Assembly (NCBI GenBank): GCA_965243595.1
Contig: OZ251569.1
Coordinates: 1,994,381 to 2,058,380 of the forward strand
Length of the DNA stretch: 64,000 nt
Source of the DNA: Thermodesulfobacteriota bacterium
GTDB lineage: Bacteria > Desulfobacterota_D > UBA1144 > Nemesobacterales > Nemesobacteraceae
Direction of reading: 5' to 3'
In this document: positions 46,326-55,584 of the stretch, piece after piece
Numbering within the stretch: the stretch's first letter is position 1
Layout of the letters: the number at the start of each line of letters is the position of its first letter
Notes under the pieces: model-generated
What the model saw: only the letters and a program-made list of their open reading frames with translations
Told to the model about the DNA's origin: nothing
Databases searched by the model: none
Position numbers and translations under genes: made by a program

Positions 46326-46610
46326 TCAGAAGCTGTCCGGCCATCTGCGGGACATGTGCATGACCGCGAGGATCAGCATGCGGTTTCTCCTAACCGTGTA
46401 GGGCAGGATAAAAGGCAGAGCAGAAACCACAAGCTCGCGCGTGTTGGAAACGCGACCTGGCCTTCCGATCGACGGAAAGTCGGCCAAATCACCTGCCGCC
46501 TTCAAAAGAGTACTTCCAACTCTGGCAGCCACTACGGGATTTCGTTCGGCGATATAAAAGCGCACGTGTTCAAGATGCGCCAGAGCACGCCTCGTCCACA
46601 GAACTTTCAT
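46326..46610 (-). CDS. parE: type II toxin, ParE/RelE superfamily
   Basis: MKVLWTRRALAHLEHVRFYIAERNPVVAARVGSTLLKAAGDLADFPSIGRPGRV..RELVV...PYIL.Y.V......ILAVMH is the ParE consensus; it overlaps the upstream antitoxin gene by 4 nt. Confidence 0.8.
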   Translation of the reverse strand: MKVLWTRRALAHLEHVRFYIAERNPVVAARVGSTLLKAAGDLADFPSIGRPGRVSNTRELVVSALPFILPYTVRRNRMLILAVMHMSRRWPDSF

Positions 46611-46870
46611 TCGGGGATTTTGCCTTCGTCACTCGAACCCCACGATTTGAGCCACTCGCCAACATCGTCATGGTCAACCAGCCGTCCGGCTTTGACATCC
46701 TCAAGACCCTTATTGATTTCCTCAATTTGCCAAGCGTGCAGCTCAAGATATTCCCTCACGGCCTCTTTGATGTGCCACGATTTCGGCCTGTCGGTCGCTT
46801 TTGCAAGCTCCCCCAGCCGTCTCTCCATTTCCCTGTCCGTTCGGAACGAGACCATTGCTGAATCTGACAT
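46607..46870 (-). CDS. parD: ParD-type (CC2985-family RHH) antitoxin
   Basis: MSDSAMVSFRTDREMERRLGELAKATDRPKSWHIKEAVREYLELHAWQIEEINKGLEDVKAGRLVDHDDV matches the ParD/CC2985 antitoxin pattern (SFRTD...ATDRPKSW...REYL...W....I..G..D...GR). The start is taken at the internal MSDSAM rather than track ORF Met1. Confidence 0.75.
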   Translation of the reverse strand: MSDSAMVSFRTDREMERRLGELAKATDRPKSWHIKEAVREYLELHAWQIEEINKGLEDVKAGRLVDHDDVGEWLKSWGSSDEGKIPE

Positions 46871-47091
46871 TGAGACCTCGCTTTTTGTATTGCGCAGTAT
46901 GGCAATAGCATACAATATCGAATTTTACAAAACAAGATAAGAAACTAAGGACGAAAAACAGCGATTACGGTCGCCAATCAGCACCGCAAAAAACAGTCTA
47001 CATACAAAGATTCCAAGGACACGAACAGGTACATTGGTCCGAGGATTCCAAGCGGTTTGCGCTGTTATAGCTCACTGAAGTTCCAACAAGT

Positions 47092-47811
47092 TTATCGGTC
47101 TTCGTCCCGAAGAACCTTTGTCAACGCCGCGGCGATGATCCCCGACGGTACTGCCACTATTCCCAGTCCGCAGAGAACGGTAACCGAACTGAAGAGTTTA
47201 CCCCAAGTTGTTTCAGGATGAACATCTCCGTAGCCTACAGTTGTCAATGTGGCAACCGCCCACCATAAACCGTCAAACACCGTTTTAAAATTTCCGTCGG
47301 GGTTCCCTGACTCGAAATAATAGACACCTACTCCTGAAATGCATATAAGCATAAATACCACCATCAGAAAAAGGAGCAGTTCTTCCTTCGTGCTGGAGAT
47401 AGCTTTGCCGAATCTGTCAAGCGCCTTGTTATATCGGCCGACCTTCATAATGCGGAAAATCCGCAGGAACCGAAGAACTCGGATGACGGCGAACTCCGCA
47501 TCCTGCCCCGCACCCGTCCACGGAGAAAGGCAGAACGGCAGTATGGAAAGAAGGTCGACGACGCCGTAAAAACTAAAAACATACTCCGTTTTCCGCTCTG
47601 CCACGACAAAGCGCAGGACGTATTCGACCGTGAACAGAATCACTATGATCACCTGAAATTTGTCAAGCACCTGCGCCGTGGCGGACGACAGTCCGGGCAC
47701 CCCTTCCGCGAAAAGCAGTGCAATGGAAACCAATACAAGAGAAAGCACTACGTAATCAAACGTTCGCCCCGCTCCGGTGTCGGACTTCTGAACTATATCG
47801 CTTATCTTCAT
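47092..47811 (-). CDS. voltage-gated-type K+ channel (6TM, ion_trans family)
   Basis: S4-like RVLRFLRIFRIMKVGR, pore helix plus selectivity filter TLTTVGYGDV, and six predicted TM helices in 239 aa; low GC. Confidence 0.8.
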   Translation of the reverse strand: MKISDIVQKSDTGAGRTFDYVVLSLVLVSIALLFAEGVPGLSSATAQVLDKFQVIIVILFTVEYVLRFVVAERKTEYVFSFYGVVDLLSILPFCLSPWTGAGQDAEFAVIRVLRFLRIFRIMKVGRYNKALDRFGKAISSTKEELLLFLMVVFMLICISGVGVYYFESGNPDGNFKTVFDGLWWAVATLTTVGYGDVHPETTWGKLFSSVTVLCGLGIVAVPSGIIAAALTKVLRDEDR

Positions 47812-48014
47812 TGATGGAGACCCCCTGACTAATCTCTGTTCTGACCGGAAGATTATTCACTATAGGCGATTCGCATTCAATCTCCGGAAGGCGAAGCAAG
47901 ACCGGGGAAAACCCCGCGGGCGGAAGCCGCCCCGGACGCCCGCGTCAACAACGGATTGAAAAAAACATCCGCTTGTGTCATAATAGCAGGCACTGCTTTT
48001 TTCAGGAGTGGAGA

Positions 48015-48971
48015 ATGAATCCCGAAAATCCTTTCGCTTCCCTTAGGGAAGAAATGGACAAGCACGTAGTCGGACACGATGATGTCAAAACCGCTCTTCT
48101 TCTAGGAATAATCTCGAGAGAACACATCTACATAGAAGGACCTCCGGGCACGGCGAAGACCATGCTTTCGGAAATCGTCTCCAAGGCCGCCCAGCTCAAT
48201 TTCTTTTTCTACCAGCTCCACAGGGACACGAGGCTCTCGGAGCTTGTCGGGGACCTCACGATAGTGAAGGAACAGACCGACGCGGGGGAAAGAATAAGAC
48301 AGGACATCGTGAAGGGCGGCATACTGACTTCCGAGATATGCCTTCTAGACGACATATCTCGCGCCCCCGGCGAGTCGCTGAACATCCTCCTCCGGATACT
48401 GAACGAGAGGAAGTTCTTCAACGAACCCATCCCTCTTCTGACGGCGATAGCAACCAGCAACCCCACGGCCGACGAGTACTACAACGAGCCCCTGGACCCC
48501 GCCAACCTCGACAGGTTCGTCCTGCAGGTGAAGGCTCTGGGCATCTCCTACGGAAGAAAATGGGACGAGGCCAGAAAGGTGATCGAGCTTTACTCCGAGA
48601 AGCCGTTTGAGGAGAAGATACCGAAGCGGGTGAGCAAGAAGCTTTTCGACAAAAGCTACAAGCATCTGGAGAAGATCGGGATTCCCTCCGAAGTGCAGGA
48701 CGGTCTCGCGAGTTTCGCGACGATGATGGTCGAAGAGTTCGGGCTCAACGAAACCAACTCGCTTATCTCCGACAGGACGTTTTTCGTGAAAGCTCTCAAG
48801 CTCATCAGGTCCCACGCCCTGCTGAACGAACGCGAGGTCTGCACCAGAGAAGACCTGGAGGTGCTGAGGTACATGACGGCGTTTCGCGTTCCTCCTGATG
48901 TCTACGAACAGATGGACGAGATACTGAGGAAGATCTCCGCGGATAAAAAAAAAAGCCGGAAGATAAGCTGA
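48015..48971 (+). CDS. MoxR-family AAA+ ATPase
   Basis: Walker A IYIEGPPGTAKTMLSE and Walker B ICLLDDISRAPGESLNILLRILNER (the MoxR/AAA_3-5 pattern). The ATG at 48015 follows GGAGTGGAGA; the track ORF starts earlier at 47973. Confidence 0.75.
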   Translation: MNPENPFASLREEMDKHVVGHDDVKTALLLGIISREHIYIEGPPGTAKTMLSEIVSKAAQLNFFFYQLHRDTRLSELVGDLTIVKEQTDAGERIRQDIVKGGILTSEICLLDDISRAPGESLNILLRILNERKFFNEPIPLLTAIATSNPTADEYYNEPLDPANLDRFVLQVKALGISYGRKWDEARKVIELYSEKPFEEKIPKRVSKKLFDKSYKHLEKIGIPSEVQDGLASFATMMVEEFGLNETNSLISDRTFFVKALKLIRSHALLNEREVCTREDLEVLRYMTAFRVPPDVYEQMDEILRKISADKKKSRKIS

Positions 48972-49150
48972 GTCCGAACCCGGACCAGGAACCCCAGTCT
49001 GAATTCGACCAGGACTTTTCCCAAGAACCCAGGGGAGAGATTCCCGACGAGCGGTCCGACAAGGAAACGGAAAATCCCCTGGACGAAGCCAGAAAGACTT
49101 TCTTCGACGCGCTTCGCGACCTGAAGCAGAACCTGAACGACCAGAGCGAA

Positions 49151-50143
49151 ATGGCTCCTCCCGAAGGCCAGGACGTGCCGAACGACCCTACCGGAAACCC
49201 CCAGGACAGCGGAAACACCGAGAGGGAAGACAAGTCCGCTCGGGCTTACATGAGCAGCAAGTCCGACAAGGCCGGCGAAGACGACGAAACGGTGATTCCC
49301 GGCAGGGGAAACAACGAAACCGCGGAGAACATAAAACGCATCATGAAGGTTCTCGAAGGCAACTTCCAGAAAAGCATGGCGAAAAAGGCGGCCCACCCGG
49401 GCGGCTCGCCCAGGAAATGGAAGCGGATGAGCTCCTTCGACGAACTTGAGGACATAGACCCGGTCGAGGCGTTCATCTGGTCGCAGAACGCATCTCCGAG
49501 GCTTCCGCGCGTCCACATGCGCGAAAAGGAAATACTGGGAGGAGAGATAGCGATACTCAGGGACATAAGCACCTCGATGATGGGAAGTTACAGCGAGTGG
49601 TCGTCGTCGGTGGTGAAGGGAGTGATAGAGCTTGCCAGAAGAAAGAGGATGAGAGTCGGCTACCTGGAATTCAACCACAAGTACATAAAGCACCAGAAGA
49701 ATTCGCGGTTTTTCACCAGGGACTACAGGTGGATGGAGAAGCTGGCGGAGAAAACCGACTGCTCGGGCAACACAAACTACGAAGAGGCCCTGAGAGAAGC
49801 CCTCAAGGAGTTTCGGGGAAGGGGTCTTCGAAACAAGCACATACTGTTCATAACCGACGGAATCCCCACCACGGGAGATCCGAAAGTCTCAAACGAAAGG
49901 CTGCGCGCCAAGAGCATAGGAGTGTGCATACACTCCATATTCATCGGAGAGAGAAACTACCCTCATATACTCGACCAGATTTCAAGGGAAACTTCCGGGA
50001 CCCAGTTCAAGGCGTCCCGCGGCCGGGACGAAGTGATAAGAATAGAGAGAAAGGACAAGGCATTTATCGAAGCCGAGAAGGAAAGGCTCGCGAGGTCGCC
50101 GCTTGACGGTTTCGCGAGAGCGTTTGAGAGTTCACGGCCCTAG
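49151..50143 (+). CDS. von Willebrand factor A (VWA) domain protein, MoxR partner
   Basis: IAILRDISTSMMG is the MIDAS DxSxS-like motif (DISTS); the domain sits about 120 aa from the C-terminus, typical of MoxR-coupled VWA proteins. The reading frame is open all the way back to the moxR stop (see findings), so the true start may be upstream of ATG 49151. Confidence 0.65.
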   Translation: MAPPEGQDVPNDPTGNPQDSGNTEREDKSARAYMSSKSDKAGEDDETVIPGRGNNETAENIKRIMKVLEGNFQKSMAKKAAHPGGSPRKWKRMSSFDELEDIDPVEAFIWSQNASPRLPRVHMREKEILGGEIAILRDISTSMMGSYSEWSSSVVKGVIELARRKRMRVGYLEFNHKYIKHQKNSRFFTRDYRWMEKLAEKTDCSGNTNYEEALREALKEFRGRGLRNKHILFITDGIPTTGDPKVSNERLRAKSIGVCIHSIFIGERNYPHILDQISRETSGTQFKASRGRDEVIRIERKDKAFIEAEKERLARSPLDGFARAFESSRP

Positions 50144-50212
50144 TTTCTCCGTTCGGACGACATGTTGAAACGGTTCGCCAAGGGGCGCTCTCCGCATCGA
50201 CAATGAATTTCC

Positions 50213-50509
50213 TCACTCCGGCGGCGGTTCATAGTAGCGATCGACCTTGATCTCGTCCTCGCGTTCTCGAGCCCGCGCTATATCGTAGGCAGTCTGCAAT
50301 TGTATCCAGGTCCTCGCCGTAAAGGCGAAGGCTTTTTCCAAACGAACGGCCATTTCGACGGACATTCGGGACTTGCCGTTGACCAGATTCGAAAGCGCCT
50401 GCCTGCTTACGCCGAGCGCCCTTGCGCCTTCCGCGACGCTGATGCCCAGCGGTTCCAGACAGGACACGCGCACCACTTCGCCGGGATGCGGCGGGTTCTT
50501 CATGCGCAT
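50213..50509 (-). CDS. higA: HigA-family HTH antitoxin (copy without intact toxin)
   Basis: MRMKNPPHPGEVVRVSCLEPLGISVAEGARALGVSRQALSNLVNGKSRMSVEMAVRLEKAF...TWIQLQTAYDIA is the XRE-HTH HigA pattern; it is about 75% identical to the downstream copy. Confidence 0.8.
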   Translation of the reverse strand: MRMKNPPHPGEVVRVSCLEPLGISVAEGARALGVSRQALSNLVNGKSRMSVEMAVRLEKAFAFTARTWIQLQTAYDIARAREREDEIKVDRYYEPPPE

Positions 50510-50529
50510 AACAACCTCCTGTTGCCGTT

Positions 50530-50700
50530 AGCAGTCAATCGCGTTCCTCATAGAACTTCCCCGCCCGCTCTTCTTCCGCCCCGAAACAGTTTCTTAATAA
50601 CCGCATGGCGAAAAATTGATTCGTCAGCTCAAACAGCTTCGCGGCAAGACCCGCCGAGAGTCCATCCGAGTTTCCCCGGTCTCCCGGAAAACCAGTCGCG
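50530..50700 (-). pseudogene. decayed higB-like toxin remnant upstream of the first higA
   Basis: The reverse strand reads ...GLSAGLAAKLFELTNQFF...KFYEERD* ending 23 nt before higA. It preserves the identical caacaggaggttgttatg junction seen at the intact higB-higA pair, but lacks the conserved YKLHxLKGDR...W.ITV core and has in-frame disruption upstream. Confidence 0.4.
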
Positions 50701-50718
50701 GGCATCAATCAAAATTCC

Positions 50719-51012
50719 TCATATCAACCGGGGTCTGTATTTCTCAATCTTGACCTTGTCTTCGAATTCCGCAGACTTCGCGACATCGTAGAGAGCCTGC
50801 AACCGTATCCAGGTTCCCGTGGTGGAACCGAAGGCTTTAGTCAGACGGATCGCCATATCTATGGACATGCCGGCTTTGCCGTTCACCAAGTTTGAAAGCG
50901 CCTGTCTGCTGACCCCCAGAATCTTCGCGCCTTCAGCAACGCTCAGACCGAGCGGCTTCAGGCAAGTCACGCGTACTACTTCTCCAGGATGCATCGGATT
51001 CTTCATGCACAT
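50719..51012 (-). CDS. higA: HigA-family HTH antitoxin
   Basis: MCMKNPMHPGEVVRVTCLKPLGLSVAEGAKILGVSRQALSNLVNGKAGMSIDMAIRLTKAFGSTTGTWIRLQALYDVA. Confidence 0.85.
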   Translation of the reverse strand: MCMKNPMHPGEVVRVTCLKPLGLSVAEGAKILGVSRQALSNLVNGKAGMSIDMAIRLTKAFGSTTGTWIRLQALYDVAKSAEFEDKVKIEKYRPRLI

Positions 51013-51049
51013 AACAACCTCCTGTTGCGGTTACAATTATGCCCGTCAA

Positions 51050-51328
51050 CTAATGGTAGTCAATCATTTCCACATCGTAGGCATTCCCGTTCTCAAAGCG
51101 AAAGATTATGCGCCAGTTTCTGTTCACGGTCACCGACCAGTAATTCTTCCGGTCTCCCTTGAGCCTGTGCAGCTTGTATTTGGCAACGCGCATCCCCTCA
51201 GGAGAGTCCGCGGCATCGAGCAAATTCAGAACAGACCGCGCTTGCTTTTGCAAGTCGGGTCTAATAAGACTCCGGTCGTCGAGCTCGTAAAGACGCTTAA
51301 GCCCCTTGTGTCGAAAACTCTTTATCAT
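51050..51328 (-). CDS. higB: HigB toxin (RelE/ParE superfamily mRNA interferase)
   Basis: MIKSFRHKGLKRLYELDDRS...AKYKLHRLKGDRKNYWSVTVNRNWRIIFRFENGNAYDVEMIDYH closely follows the canonical HigB sequence pattern (MIKSF.HKGL...LKGDR.GYWSI.V..NWRI.F.F..GDAY....DYH). Confidence 0.85.
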   Translation of the reverse strand: MIKSFRHKGLKRLYELDDRSLIRPDLQKQARSVLNLLDAADSPEGMRVAKYKLHRLKGDRKNYWSVTVNRNWRIIFRFENGNAYDVEMIDYH

Positions 51329-51435
51329 TAATTTTTCGAGCAGATCACCCAGACCATGAAAGCCGATCGCAATGCGTCAACCGTTGCTTGTCAAGAAAGC
51401 AGCAAGCGATTTTCTTGAGAAGGCATACGCAAGAC

Positions 51436-52428
51436 CTACTTTTTTCTGATCATCCTGTTCACCGCGTTCACGTGGTCCCTGTACCTGCGCGAGAAAAAGT
51501 GGGAACCGTCTCCCATGGAGACGAAGTAAAGATAGTCCGCGTCGGCGGGACCTATGGCCGCTCGCAGGGAATCGAGTCCCGGGGCGGCTATGGGACCAGG
51601 GGGAAGCCCCTTGGACACGTACGTATTGTAGGGCGAAGGAAAATCAAGGTCCTTTCTGGTCAGGTCTCCCGTGAACTTTTCGCCCAGAGCGTAAATCACG
51701 GTCGGGTCGAATTCAAGCCTCATACCCCTGCGAAGCCTGTTGCGTATCACGGCCGAGATGAGCGGTCTTTCCCCGGGGATGGAGCTTTCCTTCTCTATCA
51801 TCGAGGCGATCGTGACGACTTCCTTCATCCCGAGACCCGATTCCGCCTTTCGAAGGGTTGAATAAGCCTTTCGGAATCTTGAGAGCATCGTTTCTATCGC
51901 TTTTTCCGCCCCGGCGTCTTTTTCGAAAAAATACGTGTCGGGAAACAGAAATCCCTCGAGGCTCGGAACGTCGATTCCCAGTTTCCGGGAGGCGTATCCT
52001 CCGTCGGATGCAAGGCCGAGAAATTCCTCCCGGGAAGCCACCGCGGAAGTTTCGAGAATCTCCGCCATGCGCGAAAGCGCGATCCCCTCGGGAAAGGTGA
52101 CCTTTCTCAGCACTCTCTCTCCCCCGACGAGCTTGCGGCGGACGGAGCCGGGGGTCGCACCCGGGGAAAACCCGTATTCCCCCGACTTGAGCCTCGCCTG
52201 ATCTCCGCCCAGAACCACGAGAAGGGAGAAAATCTCCGCTTTTCTCACCACCCCTTCGTTCTCGAGCTTCCGCGCGATTTCGAAAAGGCCGAGTCCCCTC
52301 GGTATCTCGACCGTCTTCTCCCGCCCGCAGAACCCGTCCAGAAAGAACAGAAACGCGAGCGAACCCGCCGATATGAAAACCAGCATGGCCAGCCAGAGAA
52401 ACGCCTTGAAAAAACCGGAAACTCTCAT
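51436..52428 (-). CDS. mltG: endolytic murein transglycosylase MltG (YceG family)
   Basis: N-terminal TM anchor, then an ...YLYFVSMGDGSHFFSRRYRDHVNAVNRMIRKK C-terminus and central FPEGIALSRMAEI / GLASMIEKES motifs typical of YceG/MltG. Confidence 0.7.
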   Translation of the reverse strand: MRVSGFFKAFLWLAMLVFISAGSLAFLFFLDGFCGREKTVEIPRGLGLFEIARKLENEGVVRKAEIFSLLVVLGGDQARLKSGEYGFSPGATPGSVRRKLVGGERVLRKVTFPEGIALSRMAEILETSAVASREEFLGLASDGGYASRKLGIDVPSLEGFLFPDTYFFEKDAGAEKAIETMLSRFRKAYSTLRKAESGLGMKEVVTIASMIEKESSIPGERPLISAVIRNRLRRGMRLEFDPTVIYALGEKFTGDLTRKDLDFPSPYNTYVSKGLPPGPIAAPGLDSLRAAIGPADADYLYFVSMGDGSHFFSRRYRDHVNAVNRMIRKK

Positions 52429-53606
52429 GCGTCCCTAGAAAGTATCACCATCTCGTTTCTGTGAATGACCTCGTCGCTGTACCTGTACCCCAGTATCTCC
52501 TCTATCTGCGACGACTTTTTCCCGAGGATCTTCCTCACCTCGGAAGAACCGTAGGAACTGAGACCCCTGCATATCTCGACCGAGGAGGGAGAAAAGCAAC
52601 TCACGGGCTCTCCTATCTCGAACTCCCCCTCCACTTCCCTTATGCCGGAAGGAAGCAGGCTTCGCCCTTTCCTGGTCACCGCGTCCGACGCCCCTTCGTC
52701 GAGCAGGAGACGTCCCCTAGGCGTGAGCGTGTAGGCGATCCAGTGCTTTCTGCCCCGAAGCCTTTCCCCGACCGGAAGCACGAGCGTTCCGTACTCCCCG
52801 CCGTCAAAGACTCTTTCCAGGGAATTGCCGTTCTTTCCGTTGGCGATTATAGTGGGCACTCCGAAAGCGGCGGCCGATTTCGCGGCCCATATCTTCGTTC
52901 TCATGCCCCCCGAAGTGGTTTTGCCGAAAGTGTCTCCGGCAAAGGACTCTATTCTCGAATCTATTTCGCCGATCGTGGAAAGCAGCTCCGCGTCGGGATT
53001 TTTCGCCGGGTCCTTGTCGAAAAATCCCTCGACGTCGCTCAGAAGCACCAGCATGTCGGCCTCGACAAGCGAAGTCACGAGCGCCGCCAGGCTGTCGTTG
53101 TCGCCGAACATTATCTCCTCGAACGAAACCGTGTCGTTTTCGTTTATGACGGGAATTATCTCCATCTCGAGAAGCCGCCTTATGGTCTTCCTGGCGTTGA
53201 GAAACCTCTTCCTGTCGGAAAACCCGTCGCGCGTGAGGAGAACCTGGGCCACGCTCATTGCGAACTCCGAGAACGCGTCCTCGTAATACCTGATAAGCTC
53301 CGTCTGGCCGAAAGCGGAAATAGCCTGTCTCACGTCAAGCTCCCTAGGTTTCTCGGAAAGACCGAGCTTCTTCATCCCCGAGGCTATGGCTCCCGAGGAA
53401 ACTATTATGGTCCTCACCCCCCTTCGGACGAGACCGTGAACCTGCTTCGCGATCTCCCTGAAAACGGGTTCGAAGAGACGGCCTTCGCCGTCGGTGAGCA
53501 TGCTGCTTCCTATCTTGACGACGGCCAGCCGCACGCCGCCTATCAGTTCCTTTCTCTCCGCCGCGCCCATGGCGACCGTTATTCTACCCAATAAAAAGTC
53601 CGGCAC
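52425..53606 (-). CDS. proB: glutamate 5-kinase with C-terminal PUA domain
   Basis: LAVVKIGSSMLTDGEGRL, IPVINENDTV, LLSDVEGFFDKDP and a C-terminal PUA-like VSCFSPSSVEICRGLSSYGSSEV. The start may be the internal MGAAERK; the stop overlaps the mltG start. Confidence 0.85.
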   Translation of the reverse strand: MPDFLLGRITVAMGAAERKELIGGVRLAVVKIGSSMLTDGEGRLFEPVFREIAKQVHGLVRRGVRTIIVSSGAIASGMKKLGLSEKPRELDVRQAISAFGQTELIRYYEDAFSEFAMSVAQVLLTRDGFSDRKRFLNARKTIRRLLEMEIIPVINENDTVSFEEIMFGDNDSLAALVTSLVEADMLVLLSDVEGFFDKDPAKNPDAELLSTIGEIDSRIESFAGDTFGKTTSGGMRTKIWAAKSAAAFGVPTIIANGKNGNSLERVFDGGEYGTLVLPVGERLRGRKHWIAYTLTPRGRLLLDEGASDAVTRKGRSLLPSGIREVEGEFEIGEPVSCFSPSSVEICRGLSSYGSSEVRKILGKKSSQIEEILGYRYSDEVIHRNEMVILSRDA

Positions 53607-53656
53607 TATTTGACAACGCCGCCGCGTCTTGATAGCTTTTTGCTTCGCTTGATCTT

Positions 53657-53733
53657 GCGGGAATAGCTCAGTCGGCTAGAGCGTCTCCTTGCCAAGGAGA
53701 AGGTCGCGGGTTCGAATCCCGTTTCCCGCTCCA
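53657..53733 (+). tRNA. tRNA-Gly (anticodon GCC)
   Basis: gcgggaatagctcagtcggctagagcgtctccttgccaaggagaaggtcgcgggttcgaatcccgtttcccgctcca folds with a 7-bp acceptor stem gcgggaa/ttcccgc, D-arm gctc/gagc, anticodon stem tctcc/ggaga with loop ttGCCaa, T-arm gcggg-ttcgaat-cccgt, and an encoded CCA. Confidence 0.9.
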
Positions 53734-53739
53734 GCGGTC

Positions 53740-54477
53740 CTACAGTCCGGTTTTTTCGAAAAACTCCCCGATTTTCCCCCGAACCGCCATGTCCGCCTCG
53801 TCGTCGAAAGGCGTGTCCGCGAGGTTTATTATCACGAGGGCGGCGCCGTTAGAAAGAGCCAGGCGCGGAAGTCCGCTCGCGGGAGCGACGAGGAGCGAGG
53901 AGCCGAGAACCAGAAGAAGGCCGCAGTCCCCGACAAGGTCGACCGCCCTCTCCCACGGCTCCCGCGGAAGCGCTTCTCCGAAAAAGACGGCGTCAGGCTT
54001 GAGTATCCCTCCGCACCCCTCGCAAGGAGGGGGATTCTCGCCTTCCTCCACCCTCTTCATCGTCTCTTCCATGGGATAGACGGCCCGGCACCCGAGACAC
54101 GCGACGCGCCTCGCGCAGCCGTGAAGCTCGCAGACGTTTCGCGAACCCGCCGCCAGGTGAAGTCCGTCCACGTTCTGGGTGACGACCCCCGCGAGACGGC
54201 CGTCTTTTTCCAGACGCGCGAGCGCGAGGTGAGCGGCGTTGGGCCTCGCCGCGACTCTCGCGGGCCAGGTTTCCATGGCGTACGAATAGTAGTTTTGAGG
54301 ATTCTTCATGAACCCCGAGAGGGACACGACCGACTGGTCCATCTTCTCCCACAGGCCCGTCCCGGGAGAGCGGTAGTCGGGTATTCCCGATTCCGTGCTC
54401 ACTCCCGCGCCCGTGAACGCGACGGCGTTTTCCGTTTTTTCCAGAAGCTCGAGAAAAAGCCCGACCCGATCGTCCAT
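53740..54477 (-). CDS. NAD-dependent protein deacylase, Sir2/CobB family
   Basis: AVAFTGAGVSTESGIPDYRS (GAG(I/V)S, GIPDFR), VVTQNVDGLH, and the Zn-ribbon pairs C..C (CLGCRAV) and CEGCGG. Confidence 0.85.
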   Translation of the reverse strand: MDDRVGLFLELLEKTENAVAFTGAGVSTESGIPDYRSPGTGLWEKMDQSVVSLSGFMKNPQNYYSYAMETWPARVAARPNAAHLALARLEKDGRLAGVVTQNVDGLHLAAGSRNVCELHGCARRVACLGCRAVYPMEETMKRVEEGENPPPCEGCGGILKPDAVFFGEALPREPWERAVDLVGDCGLLLVLGSSLLVAPASGLPRLALSNGAALVIINLADTPFDDEADMAVRGKIGEFFEKTGL

Positions 54478-54481
54478 GACG

Positions 54482-55087
54482 CTAGGGCGAAAACGGAAGA
54501 AAGTTCTCCGTGGCCTCGACGGAGGCGCACCATCTTTCGACCGAGGGATAGGGCTCGAGCGAAAAACCCCCTTCCCCGCAGAGCATTACGTAGGGATAGC
54601 AGGCGATGTCGGCTATCGAGTAGTCGCGGCAGAGAAACTCCGTTTCCGAGAGGCGGGCGTCCAGTATCCCGAGCGCCTCGTTTCCCTGGGCGTGGAGTTT
54701 CTCCACTGCCCCCGGCGGCACCTGGTCGGGCGGAAGGAACTTCACGAAGTACCTGGCCAGGGCGAGGTTGGGATCCACGGTCGTCTTTCCGAAGAAGACC
54801 CACTGCGAGACGAGACCGAACCGCTCGGGGCCGTCGGGCAGGTAGGGGTTGGGGGAGAACTTTTTCGCCAGGTAGAACAGGATGGCGTTGGACTCCCACA
54901 TGACGAAATCCCCGTCCTCCAGAACCGGGATCTTGCGGTTGGGATTGAGACGCGAAAACTCCTCCTCCCTGTGCTCCCCCGCGAATATGTCCACCGTCAC
55001 GCTCTCGTACCCGACCGAAAGCTGGTGGAGCAGAAGCCTCGCCTTGTAGGCGTTTCCCGAAAGCGGATGATCGTAGAGTCTTATCAT
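54482..55087 (-). CDS. glutathione S-transferase
   Basis: MIRLYDHPLSGNAYKARLLL...RLNPNRKIPVLEDGDFVMWESNAILFYLAKKF is the thioredoxin-like GST N-domain with a helical C-domain. Confidence 0.8.
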   Translation of the reverse strand: MIRLYDHPLSGNAYKARLLLHQLSVGYESVTVDIFAGEHREEEFSRLNPNRKIPVLEDGDFVMWESNAILFYLAKKFSPNPYLPDGPERFGLVSQWVFFGKTTVDPNLALARYFVKFLPPDQVPPGAVEKLHAQGNEALGILDARLSETEFLCRDYSIADIACYPYVMLCGEGGFSLEPYPSVERWCASVEATENFLPFSP

Positions 55088-55088
55088 T

Positions 55089-55584
55089 TCAGTCTCCCGC
55101 GTACCTGAGGAATTTCTCGCCCAGGCGTTTTTCCCCGAGCACGCCCGCGAGAGTTTTCTTTTTCGGAATGAAATAGGTCACCGCGGCCTTCGTAAGACAT
55201 TCGCCCCCGTCTCCGTTTATCACGGAATCCACGACGACGCGCCGCCCCTCGACGCTTCTCACCCTGGCCCTCACGTCGAGAATCTCTCCGCTGGGCACCT
55301 TCTTCGAGTAGGTGATCTCTATTTTCGCGGTAAGGGCGATCTTTCGGATTTCGTCGAACATGGCCCAGAAGGACACCTCGTCGACGAGAGCGCACTGAAC
55401 TCCCCCGTGGACTATTCCCGGCCAGCCGGAAAAATGCTCCTTCGGCGCGAAGGTGGTGAAGACCTCTCCCGTCTCGTCGTCGGCGAAAAACCGCAGGCGG
55501 AGTCCGTGCTCGTTTCTCGGACCGCACGCGAAGCAGTTGTAGTCCGGAAAATCGGAAAAGACGTTTTCTATCTCCCTCGGCATC
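55089..55584 (-). CDS. hotdog-fold thioesterase (PaaI/YbgC-like)
   Basis: [33 protein letters not shown]...GIVHGGVQCALVDEVSF shows HGG and D..S/T hotdog motifs. The start is taken at MPREIEN (ATG about 55582-55584); the N-terminal 250 aa of the track ORF is an out-of-frame read of gyrA. Confidence 0.7.

Noticed and set aside
53689-54903. 404-aa ORF overlapping the tRNA-Gly and the sirtuin gene
   Set aside because: It begins inside the tRNA, is antisense to a motif-rich Sir2 gene, and gives an Arg/Pro-rich translation.
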